DNA of 64,000 nt from Eledone cirrhosa (lineage: Eukaryota). The stretch is taken from contig OZ024750.1 in NCBI GenBank assembly GCA_964016885.1, positions 47,678,001-47,742,000 on the forward strand, written 5' to 3'. The notes under the pieces are model-generated. The model did no database searches and was not told where the DNA came from. It was given only the letters and a program-made list of their open reading frames with translations. The position numbers and the translations under genes are program-made. Below, piece by piece: positions 13,883 through 28,793 of the stretch; the first letter of the stretch is position 1; every line of letters begins with the position of its first letter.

Positions 13883-15360
13883 TACGTTGCAAATTGAAAC
13901 AAGGGCACATGTTCTTATTTCAATATATCTGGTTTGCCATGATATATACATAATGAAGATGAAGTTAGAACCGAAAGTAATTCAATGATTTTCATATATA
14001 AATATTCAGACTATATTATAAATATGTTAATGTATAAGGAATATGCCTACCCGAAGCTAGACACTATATATGTATGTCATCATAGCTGTAAAACTAAACC
14101 AATGGCTAGAGATGCAGAACATTCGTGTTTACGTAAAACATGCGAAACAGTATTTAAATAAATATATTATAACAGTATAATTTCCCAAGCGGTGGAACGA
14201 CGTAAACCTGTGTAGTATATTCTATGTTTTATAGTGTGATGTTACACAAGAGATTCCAGAATCGCAGCTGGAGTGTGCATGCTGACTAAAGGTGAGTCGT
14301 GTGTGTATATATATGTGTTTGTGTGTACATAAATGAGAGAGAGAAAATGGTAGCGAGAGATTGAGGGACACAAAGATGTGTGGACCACGTATGGTCTGTC
14401 GCCTGAGAATCAGATAAAATATGGTGCACGCCAGAGTATAATATGTTATTAAAATATCGGTGGCCATAATTAGTGTATGCAGATCTATTTAAAACTCCGT
14501 TAAACATATTTCAAGGAGGACTATTATTTTGATAGACTGAGATCTTCAGACGTCAACACATACAAAAGCTTGTAAACACTGACAGTTTCGAAAACAATTT
14601 TAAATTAAAAAAAATCCTTTAAATTTAAAATCTGCCCACAAAAAGAATTTCTTTTGTTGATACATATGGATGGCCGAACGTGCTGTGTTGTTTCCTCTAC
14701 TGCTGACCCCTGTATCTCCCTAAGAATTATGGCAGAATGTATGATAGGTCAAGGTCTGCAACAACTGTGAATGTCATAACCGATATTTAAAGATATGTTT
14801 TAGGAACTTTGAATATTTTCTAGCTTTCATAGTTTTAGCCACTGAAGTGTTCAGGCTATTTTAACTGATATTCATCATTGAAATATGCATAAATGAGTTT
14901 TAAATAAACCTGAATCAACTGGTTATGGTCTCCGATCCATGAACAATACATATGGCGCTCGATCTTTAATCAAGTGTCAACACATTCTATTTGAATGGAA
15001 ACAAGGAGAACACATGTACGTATCTAAATGTGTTTAATTTCATATTGTGTTTAGGATGATATATAATGCACACAGGAATTACAAACAGAATTCAAGCATT
15101 TCCAAACATGAAATTACATATTATCATTAAAAAGCCGTGTTTATGCCTCTCCAGCATTGAATGGACACCTACATGCTATATCGAAAGTATTGTACATACT
15201 ACAACGTCCTACTTGATTACGTGTGGAGGATGTAGTAGCTATGTGTTCAATGACTTAAAATATAATATTCACTGTATATCATAAATATTGATGATATTTC
15301 TAATGTTTTATGTATCAGCATGCATTATGTATATCATCTACCGCCACGTTGTTATTCTGT

Positions 15361-15402
15361 ATCAGTCCTCCATACCTACAGATGTAGGTATGGAGGACTG
15401 AT
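15361..15402. repeat. Perfect 20-bp-arm hairpin
   Basis: ATCAGTCCTCCATACCTACA-ga-TGTAGGTATGGAGGACTGAT. Confidence 0.9.
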
Positions 15403-15689
15403 TAAACATTTGACTAAAATTTGTGTTTTACCAATATTAACCGCTAGAGAATTGATATATGCCTCATAATAATATGAGTGTACAATATTTATGTATAGAG
15501 TTCCCTCGTCAGCAAATGTATGTTGTGCTCTATATGTGTCTTCAAATTACAAACAAGCATTAATCAATCTGTCGTTCAGTGAGCAATATAGAGGAGATAA
15601 TGGGATGCTGTAGATGAGAATTTTAGAGAGAATCACTATATGAGCGAACAACTCTTTTGATCTATATCCCTATATATATCTAATGATCA

Positions 15690-15882
15690 ACATTATTCTC
15701 TGATTTGGGCACAAGGCCATCAATTTTTGGAGAGGTAAAAGTCGATTAAATCGAACCCATAGCATTGCTGGTACTATATTTTAACGAGCCCTTACGGATG
15801 AAACTCAAAGCTAAATTCGGCAGGATTTGAACTCTATAAATCATCTTGGGCGACACTCTACTGATACTGCCATTCCACCGCC
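15690..15882 (-). mobile_element. Nin-type tRNA SINE
   Basis: GGCACAAGGCC, CTGGTACT, GGATGAAA, GGATTTGAACTC, GATACTGCC shared with other copies. Confidence 0.7.
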
Positions 15883-15927
15883 CTAGATACCACCTTATCT
15901 ATGTACGTCAGAGAGGGTGAGAGAAAT

Positions 15928-16019
<92 letters not shown>

Positions 16020-17784
16020 GGGGTAGATAGAGATGGTGAGAATGTATAGTAGTGGCAAATAGAAAATAGAGAGGGGATATATAAAGAAAGACAAATAGAG
16101 TTTCGACAGGAATTGTGTTCAGACCTTTCGTCACAATCCACTAACAAATATATAAATATGATGAATATTTTATTAATGTAAATTTAATAGCATTTGTGAC
16201 ATTAAACTACAAATCTTTAATTCGATCATCTATACAGCTTTTTACATGCATAAATCGCCCTGCTGGACAATTATGCTTACTAGTGACTTTGTCCTAGCAT
16301 TCCCGTCGTGATTTGATCATTAAATCCTGGCAAATCCTATCCAGATGCAGTTCTAAATTCAAATAATTATACTAATGGATCATAGTAAAAAGTGGGAAAG
16401 AGATATTGTGAAAGAACTGCACCGAATATTGGACGGAACCTTATATGGACCTCGAAACAACGGACGGTTGTTTCAGCAAGATTTGACCACAGTACAGAAT
16501 CATTATAATTGCGTTTCGGAACTTCTGATAATTCAACAGCTATATGCTAATTATATATTTAAAAGCATACCGTTATATGCGTAGATGAGTAATAGCGTAT
16601 ATTACTACGACAGAAAAAAGGTCTGTATGAGGGAAGCATATATTAAATTGACACCGTGCATGCTGAATATCACATTAACCGTTTTGTTGCCAAACACGCT
16701 TCTGGCTTTATTAAACATTACATATTAATGAGTTAATGAGTTCTCTATTTAAATCAAATCATTAAAAACCAAATCATTCTATGAAGAACCTTTGTTAGTC
16801 AATGTCACAAATATATCGTAATAATTGGTTCTACTTTTGGCACAAGGCCAGCACTTACTCAGTGTATTACTGGTACTTTATTTTATTGAAGGAATATCTT
16901 TATTACATCACTCAAAATGTTTCATTAAGTTCTTGAAATGCGATGTATATATATGGTTAGAAATATGATAAGAATGTGCTTAAATTGGTATTAGTTCAAA
17001 AGTTGATGCAATTATCTGTTCACTGCGTTGTATATCTAATTATAATTACATTTTCAGAGTTGTCAACCATTCTTCTCGGACAGATTGCATTACAATTAGA
17101 TATAACAACGTTTATTTATTTACATTTTCCCGAAACAATGTACAAACTACTTTAGTGCGCTTTCCACTGTCGATTATTACGTTGTGATTAAGTTTATCTT
17201 ACATTTCCCATATGCTACAGTTACATTTCGAAAGTCTTAAGAATGTTTGGAAAGTAAACTGAATAGAAATTGACCATGACCTATCACAGATTATGGCATT
17301 TATAATATAATATTGAATCTAGAATATTTCTAGAGGGGGGGAAAATAATCTTAATATATCTTTAAAGATATTTTTCATTTTTTTTTTTTTTTAATTATAA
17401 GATGCGATGGTTATTATCATCACATCAGTGACAGACAGAATGGAACAAAATGCAGCTCTAAGATGGAAACATGGTCAAATATATTTCGATAATAAAGTTC
17501 GGTGATGTACCCTCAAAGGACAAAATATAATGTTAAACAGGGAAAAGGATTGGAACAATGTAAGTTGAATCTCAGATGGGATTTCATATCGTTTCTGCCT
17601 ATCGCATTGTACAAAAACAAATTATCTGCCCAAGTTGGAGCTATGGTAGAAGCAACATATTGGAAGTGCCGTAGTGTGGTATTGAATCAGTAACATAATA
17701 GTTACGAAGCAGACGGCTTAAGTTGACAAGCATGATGGTGCCTGTTTTAATATAAGCTGTTTTTATTATTACTGTTTTTTGACA

Positions 17785-18185
17785 GGTGCTGGATGTGCAG
17801 ATTGGGTAGTGTCTCGGACACCATGCTATTCAGCATGGAAATGTGGCCCTTTATATTCTGAGTTCAAATCCATCCGAAATTATTTTGTCTTTCATCCTTA
17901 CGGAGTCGATAAAATACAGTACCAGTCACGCACTAGTGCTGTTTAATATATTTTTCCATAACCCCCAAATTGTTGACCGTGTGCCTAAATCAGGAAGGGG
18001 CGGTGAATTGGCAGTATTGGTAGAGGGTTGGACGCCATGCTTTCTAGCATAGTTACGTGCCTTTACAGTCTGAGTTCAAAACCCGTCAAGGTTAACTTTG
18101 CTTTCATCCTTATGGGGTCGATAAAATAAACTACCAGTAATGTACTGGGTAATTGCTGGCCTCGCGCCTAAAGCAGAAACAAGTA
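17785..18185 (+). mobile_element. Two tandem Nin-type tRNA SINEs
   Basis: Two occurrences of CTGAGTTCAAA...TTTCATCCTTA.GG.GTCGATAAAATA..TACCAGT. Confidence 0.8.
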
Positions 18186-18915
18186 TTACTGTATATATAA
18201 CTATATATATAATTATATATTTCGAATATATGTGGCTGGAATACAAGGCACGTGCCCAATGTCACTTGATACGGGATTGGAGCCGAGACTAAATTAATCT
18301 AAAATAAAGTTATTGAATACACACGCATGCCTATACCTGTTTACTGCTATGGTTCTCCCCTACGCTTTTGTAACATACAATATATTGTATAAAATATCTC
18401 CTCGGTTAAAGGTCAGTAAAATAAATCAATATGGGTTGAATGTGGATATCATTGAAAGTTTAGTACTCTCTATTGTATTTTCAGAAATATGTAATTTCCT
18501 TTTTTTCTTTTCCATTTTCTCAAAACGTCTGGTTAATTCTCTCAACGTAAAATTTGGAGTGAACTTTGGCTTATATTCACTAATGATGTAAATATTATTG
18601 TCCATGGGCTATATATCAATGAAATGTAAAATATAGAAACATGCGTCTACACATGATGATAGAAAAAGAAATAAAATGAAAGAACTTTATATCATATTCA
18701 ACTTAGAGTTCGGTTGAATCTTTAAACAATACATTAAATACATGATTTTATTAAATATAATGGGGGGATATAATTAAAATTTTCCGTGAATACTATATGG
18801 AATACTCACCTACAACTGGGTGCCAACTTTAACCCCATAATTTGCTTTAGACAATTAATAATAGATTCTTACACAGAGCGATTATACAAATAAACTCACG
18901 CACACACACGCACAC

Positions 18916-19090
<175 letters not shown>

Positions 19091-19222
19091 CAAAGGGATA
19101 TTTAATTTGTTGGTCATTCAACAAATATATATTTTTATGAAAGATTCGAAGCACTCGACAGATTTCTGGAGTATAATATCAATGATATTAAAACATGGAA
19201 ACTATATTTATAAAACCATGTT

Positions 19223-19283
19223 TATTCTATTATATATATGTCAAGGGTACCAACACTTTGGTACGCTCTCATCAGATAAAATA
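19223..19283 (-). ncRNA. Family B HHR, GAAA mutated to GACA
   Basis: Minus strand: TATTTTAT-CTGATGA-GAGCGTACCA..TGGTACCCTT-GACA-TATATATA-ATAGAATA. Confidence 0.65.
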
Positions 19284-19404
19284 CAAGGCGTGTTTTATAA
19301 ATATTGACATATCCAGGAATGAGACCTTAACTGTTTACGTTTCACCTGACTAACCAGGTAAAACTTGAACCGTTCAGGTCTCGGTCCATACAAATATATC
19401 ATTG

Positions 19405-19746
<342 letters not shown>

Positions 19747-19905
19747 ATATATACATATATATATACATATACGTGTGTGTGTGTGTGTGTGTGTGTTTGC
19801 GTGTGTGATTGTGTATGTAAGTGTCTATATACATATACTTGTATCTCTCTCTACATATATACAGACACACACACACACACACACATACACACCTATATAT
19901 ATATA

Positions 19906-20447
19906 TTTATCAATAAATGACTTTAACATCTAAACTACTTTGTATTTCATTATTATATATATATATAAAGTAAAGAAATACAAAGTAGTTTAGATGTTAA
20001 AGTCATTTATTGATAAAACCGTTATACATATTTTGATGACGACAGTAGCCACGCGATTTTGCGTAGTACCAAGTGCTATGATCTCATGAAACGAACCACC
20101 TATCGTACTTTTACGCATGCACAGTCCTTTTGACGTGAATTGAAGATCCTCGGGGAACGGACATTTGCTTCATCAACATCGCTGTTTGTTTCCTTGTCAA
20201 TTCTATTTTGGACTACCTCCTTCATTGTAACCTTATTATGTAAGAAGCTGTCTGATGCGATCATGGCACTAGATACTACGCCGAATAGCGTGGCCTCTGT
20301 CGTCATCGAAATATCTCTCACGGCCTTATCAATAAAGGACATTAACTTATAAACTACGTTCTATTTCCTGATTCTAAAAATACTCTGTCATTCCTATTTA
20401 GATAACGCACGTTGGGTTCTCGAATTGAACTACATCACTGTTTTACC

Positions 20448-20450
<3 letters not shown>
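19906..20450. mobile_element. Inverted-repeat element with two degenerate HHR copies and an extra duplicated end
   Basis: 20247-20324 (+): GCTGT-CTGATGC-GAT...ATC-GAAATATCTC-TC-ACGGC. An inverted copy lies at ~19982-20095, and a third terminal copy at 19906-19948. Confidence 0.7.
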
Positions 20451-20500
<50 letters not shown>

Positions 20501-20727
20501 AGAAGGTAGTACAGCGTAATCGTAGCTTTGGTTGCGGGCAAGCTAACGAATGCTGTCGGGAAGTGCAGCCAAAATAACTCAATAAGGAATTTTACCTTAG
20601 CATTATAACATTGCGTTTAGACAGCTATGCAAATTGAAAACAGCGACCGAAATCCGGGCCGCTAGGACCAGAACAACGAAAAAAACCGACTCAGGGAAAT
20701 CTTTGATATATATATATTTATATATAT

Positions 20728-21425
20728 CATCATCATTATCATCACCTTCATTATCGTTTAACGTCTATCTTCCACGCTAGCATGGGTTTAGACGGAAATT
20801 TCCCACTTGAGGCAAGATTGGTCGTCTCGCTCGTATAGAACCCTCTGGCATGTGTTCTACGGATTGATGCCCTTCCTAACACCAACCACGTTTACAGTGT
20901 GGACTGGGACGTTTTTACCGTGTTACCTACACGGCCACATTCCACCGTGGACTGTGTTTTTCTTTTTGTCGTGACACCTTCACGTCCACATTTATTTAGG
21001 ACTGGATGTTGTGGTACCAACATAACTTTACAGAGAAAGGGATAGGTGTAGATGGGTATGGGGTATGGGTAGTAGGATGGGAATGTATTTTTGGTTAAGA
21101 GGTGCCTACTGAATGTAGGTTTGGCTTTGTACTTAGGCAAGGCGGGTCTTCTGTATTACTGCGTAGCGCCAAAGATCTCGGTCCAGTGACATTGTCTTGG
21201 AGAGGTGCAAGTGTGTAAGGTCGGAATTTATCAAATCCTCCCAGGTTTTTCTGAGTCTACCTACTCCGTAGTTTCCATCAACTTTGATCGCCCTGCACTT
21301 TTTATACAGTTGTCGTCTTTCATACGCATCACGTGACCATACCAACGTAGTCTTCTCTCGAGTAAACAGTATCTGATCCCTGTTTTCCTAATTTCTCTCT
21401 TAGTTCATTTATGCTTTGCCAGGAA
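20728..21425 (-). mobile_element. 5'-truncated RTE-type LINE 3' end with (GAT)n tail
   Basis: RRLRWYGHV / KKCRAIKVDG..GRLRKTW...DRDLWR; the 3' UTR ends CCCATGCTAGCGTGGAAGATAGACGTTAAACGAT. Confidence 0.8.
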
Positions 21426-22781
21426 AAAGTTTGTCTCACTGTTGGTTTCTTTCATAGTAAGAGAAATAGGCGGCACACCCATTTTAGCACATTGCATTTA
21501 TATATGTATAGATCTCAAAGGAATAATTGGTACATTTGACCACGGAGGAAGCTGGAACGAATAACACAGAACATTCCCTTCATGCATTTGACAACACAAC
21601 AGTAGATATCCAAAATGAGAGGAAGGTCTAATTTGGAATGCAGTTGATTATACGGCGTCTAGTTTATAATTGGAATGGCGATAAACACATAGAAACAACA
21701 TCAATTCAAATCGAATTAAGAAATCTATTAGATAAATGTTGATTTTTTTTTCTTTTTGTACAAATATTGGTAGTTCTAAAGTTTATGTATTAAAACATAT
21801 TTTATCAAACAGGATATTAAAGAGGGGTTAGTAGTATAGAGAATAAATTATATAATCTGCAACTTATGATATTTTTTGAATATCGACAGTTAAACATTTT
21901 AAAAAATGTTAAAGTTAAATACTGATGAAAATTATACTTATCCAATCTATACAATAACTGATGCCGTTATGTTATCGATTGCATGAGCAACTGCTATATA
22001 ATAGTAAAAACAGATACATAATAACTTACTTGAGATTTTAAATTCTTTAGGTTAGCTGCGGGGAAAATTTCCTTCTCGGAGTTTATTGAAGAATTCGAAG
22101 TGTATTATTAATAGTTTATTTCTCATTGATGAATATATAGAAACGAAATTATAGAGGGAAGCATGAAATTGTGTGTCCGCTGCTTTCTTGCGGACATTAT
22201 GAGAGTAAGCTACTTAAAATCAGAGTAAACTGTAACTGCCTGAAGAAATATGATTTTCATACTAATTTTCAAAGTCTTATTTCCTTATTTTGGCACTAGT
22301 CCACTCACATTTATTAAGTAGGTTCACAGTCGATTGCATCGATCCATTACTTGCTTGGTAATTTAATCGATCCAACGTGGCCGAAAAGCAAATGAAATCA
22401 GGCACTATTTGCACTTTCAAAGTACACGCTACCTACTTAAAACTGACGATAATTTGTAATAGCGTTTGACTTTCGGTGATTTTTGTTATTATGTTAAATT
22501 GAAGAGCTAGTGTATAGTTTTGAAGATGCATATTATACAATATTTAGAGTTTATGGACGTACGCTTGTCTTTATAGCTAAGAGGTTCGCTGCGTACGCAA
22601 GAGTACCCCATTTTAACACACTATGTGATATATTGAGCAAGTGTTGCTTTAGTAGCCACTTCTCGAACGAGGCATCGAGAAGGAGATTGATTAAATATGT
22701 CCAATTGTGATATGTTGACTAATCTTGAGAATCAATTCAAGGAATATAAGTGTTCATGGAATATTGTAACCCGTTTTATTG

Positions 22782-22825
<44 letters not shown>

Positions 22826-23099
22826 TATCGGAGAAAGCTAATAGCGATACTCGGGCCAAATTCCAACTCACTCAACAAACATTAGGAAATACCTGAGTAT
22901 ATTCCTAATTAAACGTTCGGGGTGCTAACTATTGTATTGTGTGGAAAAGTGGCTGTATCATTACATATGAGATATATCAAATATATATATATATAATGAC
23001 AGAACACTGATGGGTTATATCTGCAGGAGTTAGGTTGAAATAGTTTCACAACAGTTAATAAACCATTTTTGAGGACAATTTGTTTCACCTACTATATAT

Positions 23100-23272
23100 A
23101 TAATTGTTTCTACTTTTGGCACGAGGCATTACTGTTACTTCATTGTATCGATCACATAAGGAGGGAAGGACAAGTTAACCTCGGCGGGATTTGAACTCAT
23201 GCCGTAAAGGGGCGTAACTCTATGCTACAAAGCATGATGTCTGAGCCTCTACCGATACTGTCAATCCACCGC
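23100..23272 (-). mobile_element. Nin-type tRNA SINE
   Basis: AAGTTAACCTCGGCGGGATTTGAACTCA and CTACCGATACTG. Confidence 0.75.
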
Positions 23273-23445
23273 TCATCCACTATAGATATAATGGAAATGC
23301 ATCATTCATGTTAGAACCATTTAAACATATCAATTTGAATGATATAATGATATTTACTATAGGCTCAAGGGCATCAATTTTGGGTGAGAGGAAATTAATT
23401 TAAAAGAACCCCATTTCCTTATATTCTATCGAACCTAGAAGGATG

Positions 23446-23994
23446 TTTAGGTGTCACGAATTTAGGGAATTGGTCATAGGGTTATTTACTTTGGTAAACG
23501 CCACTGCAGGCCAACCACTAATTAAATTCGATACCGATATAATAAGGTTAACAAACTTACTCGTGAGTGAACTGACGGAGAGTTGGTCGCCAAATAATCA
23601 GCATGGTAAATTAAATGTTATTGAGAGACGAGTAACATAATAATGATGTCAACAGCAGAAATTAGAGATGAAATCTATGTTTATTTTTGATGTAGCACAA
23701 ATAATGTTGGTTAACTTGTATGGTTGAAGTTACACATACAAATGAGGTTACAAAAGGGAATGTGTCATTGCGCCGGAAAGTCGGCAGGTTAAGGTGCAAA
23801 ATCTCACCGTCACATGTACGTGTTGCTGGTTCGAAGTCCCAGGTGCGAGAGAGAGATTTTCTTCAAATCTTCGCGGGTAATTTCTCTCTCAGTACGCGTA
23901 GGGATACATCCTCTTCTGCTGGCGCTGATTGGCTGAGCTGAGCCAAATCACGCACAGAAAATGCATGTGAGCCCGCGGAATGTAGGTCACTACA
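23446..23994. mobile_element. Probable solo LTR (549 bp) inserted into an old SINE
   Basis: Flanked by a GATG direct repeat (23442-23445 and 23995-23998) that splits the SINE motif AAGGATG|A..GCAAAG; ends are TTTAG...CTACA (a degenerate TG..CA). Confidence 0.6.
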
Positions 23995-24143
23995 GATGAC
24001 AGACAAAGCTAATCTCGCCGGGTTTTAAACTCAGAACGTATAGCACCACAACTATATGCGGCTCAGATGAAAAAATTACCATTCAAACATGGTAGTTAGC
24101 ACACACTATATGACAGTATATTCAACGTACAATAGTATCTCGA

Positions 24144-24193
<50 letters not shown>

Positions 24194-24640
24194 CTGTGTG
24201 TAGGTGTGTGTATGTGTGTATTTTGTTTGTGTGTGTCTGTCTGTCTGGGAATACGTGTATGTATATGACTGTATCTGTATGAAAGTGTGTGCAATTCTTT
24301 GGGTATGCGTATATATATATGTATGTATATGTGTGTGCCCTCCTGTTTTTGTATATCGCCGTGCATGATAGGGGTTTTTGTCACCAGGGATTTATAGATG
24401 TTATCAGGTCTGTTCATTTGGTCCTTATTGATCCTGTCAATGGAACTCAAAATAAATGTTGTGAACAACATAATATGGCTGTCAATATTGGTGAACAAAA
24501 GAAACTTTCCTAAAAAGTATACATCGACCATATTCCATATAACATTGTCAATAACATAGCTTCTAACCGAGCAAGCTTAGCCAAATAATTACACACACGC
24601 ACGCATATACACACACATATACACATACACATATACTCTC

Positions 24641-24672
<32 letters not shown>

Positions 24673-24687
24673 GTGTGTGTATGAATA

Positions 24688-24735
<48 letters not shown>

Positions 24736-24738
24736 CTG

Positions 24739-24786
<48 letters not shown>

Positions 24787-24801
24787 TATACATATATATA
24801 C

Positions 24802-24901
<100 letters not shown>

Positions 24902-25628
24902 ATATATATAAGAATAAAAAGAACAATAGGTCTCCCGCTCCCTCATTCACTCAGAGAACATATCAAAACTGCTATTAAGGAAATGCGTTACAAGAATAAT
25001 GTTTGCAGAATATATGGAAATATGTCATCTTTTCAGATGGCGTATTGTTCAATGTGTTGTAAAGTAGCACTGACAGAGGAGATATCTTATGTCTGACAGA
25101 ATAGTTATGAAAAAAACATAGCTAAAAAATGTACGAAAAATAAATAAATCCCACAGCCAAATATTTCATATTTCCTGCTCGATATGATTGTTTCTTTCAC
25201 AGTGTTCCATACTTAACAATTGAATATTTGAGTAGGAAACATATGAAATACAAACAAATACAAAAAATAAAACGGTCTAAGAAGAAAATAGTTAATTCAC
25301 CAGTAGTATGGCTTACATATTAAAAATCATGTTATGCATGATATAATACATTCTTTAATACCAAAGATGTTTTACACTCCGCTCGTTATAAGATAGATAT
25401 GTTACATTGAATAATATATGCAATAATGCCACAGACATACACTATTCACAATGACAATAAATAAATTCACACTGTCTCTCTATCTGTATATATCTATCTA
25501 TCTATCTATCTATCTATATATATATATATATATATATATATAGATAGATAGATAGATATATATATAGACATATGTTTTTGTGTGTGTGTATATGTGTACA
25601 TATATACACATATGTATACATATATAAA

Positions 25629-25668
<40 letters not shown>

Positions 25669-25689
25669 GTAAGAATATATATATATATT

Positions 25690-25970
25690 AAGTAAGAATA
25701 TTTTTGAAACACCGAATGGGTTTGAAAGTATTAGAAATGTAAGTTATCGCCGTATTTTGACTAAAGAAATTAAAGAAATTATTTAGCCTGATAGTGGGGT
25801 TAAGAATCCTCGGAGAAATTGAAAAATATGGGTATTGACGTACATGGAAGTCGAACCCACATATTTGGTTATCCGGACCACTGTGCTACAACGTACACCA
25901 ACACATCACCCATTTCTCCGAGGGTTTTTAACACCACTATCAGGCTAAATAATTTCTTTAATTTCTTTAG

Positions 25971-25971
<1 letters not shown>
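25690..25971. mobile_element. Inverted-repeat element enclosing a tRNA-like sequence
   Basis: 60-bp arms at 25760-25819 and 25912-25971; the left arm has a ~70-bp extension; (TA)n flanks both sides. Confidence 0.8.
25836..25907 (-). tRNA. tRNA-like cloverleaf (pseudo-tRNA or SINE head; GGA at anticodon position)
   Basis: 72 nt: acceptor GATGTGT/GTACGTC, D stem GTGT/GCAC, anticodon stem TGGT/ACCA, T arm GTGGG-TTCGACT-TCCAT. C33 and T37 are non-canonical. Confidence 0.6.
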
Positions 25972-26030
<59 letters not shown>

Positions 26031-26048
26031 CACACACACACGCAAACA

Positions 26049-26083
<35 letters not shown>

Positions 26084-26086
26084 GCA

Positions 26087-26126
<40 letters not shown>

Positions 26127-26189
26127 GATATATATATATACATATATATACACATGTATATATTTATATATATATATATATATATATAT

Positions 26190-27335
26190 AGTAATAATAA
26201 TAAATTTCAAGACTAAAATCTAAAGAGGTCTCGATAAGGATAAATATATATCAAATATATAAGAACCGTAGAACAAAAATTTATTAAAATAACAGATTAA
26301 ATTTTAAGCAAAGAATCGATGCTTTCACCTTAACGGGATCTTCTGAAACTAACATAGTCAATCTGTAAACGCAGAAGTGGATATTTAAAAAAACGTTGCA
26401 ACCGGAGAAAGACAGGAAGACGATACTTTGGTTCGTGGGAACGTTCCCTGGCAAAGAACGGGAAAAAACGAATATAGTACGTCATTAATAGGTGAAAAAC
26501 AATTAAACGCAAACAAAGAACCACATTTATGGTATAAAAGAAGTCGTAGACTAATGTTCTCTTAGATGGTTCATAGAGACGTTCTCTGGCAATGAACGGG
26601 AAAAAACGAAGATATACGTCATATATGGAGCGTGGAGAACAATGCACGCAAAGACAAAACAACGCATACTCACACAGACGCAAAACTCCCGTATACACAT
26701 AACCAAAAGCATATGTACAAGAATATACAAAAATATACGCCATAACATATACAATCAAATATACGTACGAGAAAGTATACGTACCTTCACAAAACATACA
26801 GGTAATATATACTTACCTATGCAAATAAGTAATGGTATAAACATAGCATATACTTAGATTCCGCATCAAGACGTAAAATATCCACGTATAGATCGTACTA
26901 TACGTTAGAGTATAATGTGGGGCTGTAATACAGGAAAGTGTTGTGCAATTTGTTTACAAGCCGGAATTGCCTTATATGTTTTGTTTAAGATGCGACTGTG
27001 GCGTAGACTATTTCCAGGGCCTCAGCGGCGCAAAGGTCACATGGTCTTTTATTTCCGTTATAATATCTAGCCCTTGATAGGATCTCCCATTGTAACTTAT
27101 ATTGGGTGTGATTGTCTTTTAGACTCCAGATATAAGCTGAAAGTGACGTCATATTCCTTCTTCGAGGGTAACCTAAAAAATGGGTATGCATGTAAAGACG
27201 CTGCTTGAATCTATTGGCGGTTAACCCTATGTAGGCCCTACGGGACGTGGGTGTTTCAACCTTACATTTCAGAAGATTCCGTTAAGGGTGAAAGCAGCGA
27301 TTCTTTGCTTAAACTTTAATCTGTTATTTTAATAA
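26190..27335 (-). mobile_element. 5'-truncated Naiad-type PLE with inverted 3'-end duplication (family C)
   Basis: Minus-strand GIY-YIG remnant KCKVETPTSRRAYIGLTANRFKQRLYMH..TSLSAYIWSLK..WEILS..CDLCAAE (~27269-26985). HHR at 26302-26349 (-) and an inverted copy at 27267-27314 (+). Confidence 0.85.
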
Positions 27336-27541
<206 letters not shown>

Positions 27542-27549
27542 TAAACAAA

Positions 27550-27603
<54 letters not shown>

Positions 27604-27604
27604 C

Positions 27605-28499
27605 ATAATCTATAAAGCTCAGTGTGTGGTCATGCTCCTTCGTTATAGAAATCTACGATATAGAATTTCTTCAATTGAGATTTACACTTCAGTACTCGAA
27701 ATAGCTTCGATTGCGTCTTGACGCAGATAATTTTTTTCAATTTCACCCACAATTACGCAAACAATAGATAAAACTCAATATTTTACGATTTATCACTCTC
27801 ATTTAAACTGCTGAACTCTTTCTACTAACATTCAAAATCTATACAACTTCATACTTCTGCTACTTTCTCTTTCCAAGCTTGATGGTGATACTGTCCGTTC
27901 ACACCACTCCCTACTGTCTTAAATTTAGAAAACACATATCCTGTATGAGTTTACTAAACCTGCTAGAAACAGCAGCTAACTCTCCCCCATATCACACCCC
28001 TCCCTACTGTCTTAAATTTAGAAAACATATCTTCTATGAGGTCACTAAACCTGCTAGAAACACCAGCTAACTCTCCCCCATATCACATCACTCCCTACTG
28101 TCTTAAATTTAGAAAACACATATCCTCTATGAGGTCACTAAACGTGCTAGAAACAACAGCTAACTCTCCCTCATATCACAACCCTCCCTAATGTCTTAAA
28201 TTTAGAAAACACACAGACAACCATGCAGAACAACTCCATCGCAGCTCTGTTGTTCGGCTGGCATCGTCTACGCGCAAGTTGCGCAAGTACTGTGAAACAA
28301 TAAATTTGAACACTTTTTTGCACAGAAATAATATCCAGAGGCGAAACTACAATTGTCACTGCTGGCGCAGCTCCTGCTTCCAGGTCTGCAATTCATTCAC
28401 CCAGTGCCTGGCAGACAAAAAAGTGCCGCCATAAAATGGGTGGTGCAACCTAACTTTGGTAACTTAATGACCCCGAGCAACGCCGGGCTTTAATGCTAG
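27605..28499 (+). mobile_element. Non-autonomous Helitron-like element with internal ~81-bp tandem repeats
   Basis: 3' hairpin CCCGAGCAACGCCGGG followed by CTAG|T; about 4 units of CTGCTAGAAACAGCAGCTAACTCTCCCC...; the 5' boundary is uncertain. Confidence 0.7.
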
Positions 28500-28531
28500 T
28501 ATATATATATAGACAAACACACACGTATATC

Positions 28532-28603
<72 letters not shown>

Positions 28604-28612
28604 AACACACAC

Positions 28613-28706
<94 letters not shown>

Positions 28707-28751
28707 TTCTGTGTTATTCTGTGAAGCAACCAGATGTAGTATTAGTAGTAG

Positions 28752-28793
<42 letters not shown>

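Noticed and set aside
14498-14552. Minus-strand CTGAAGA...GAAATATGT HHR-like motif
   Set aside because: Stem II is poorly paired and it cannot be separated from chance.
18805-18850. Minus-strand AG|GTGAGT donor suggesting a host exon
   Set aside because: Weak acceptor, no recognisable peptide and no linked exons.
24330-24565. Non-repetitive ORF segments on both strands
   Set aside because: No recognisable domain or clear splice boundaries.
27900-28215. CRISPR-like regular repeats
   Set aside because: The units are contiguous with no unique spacers, the context is eukaryotic and there are no cas genes.
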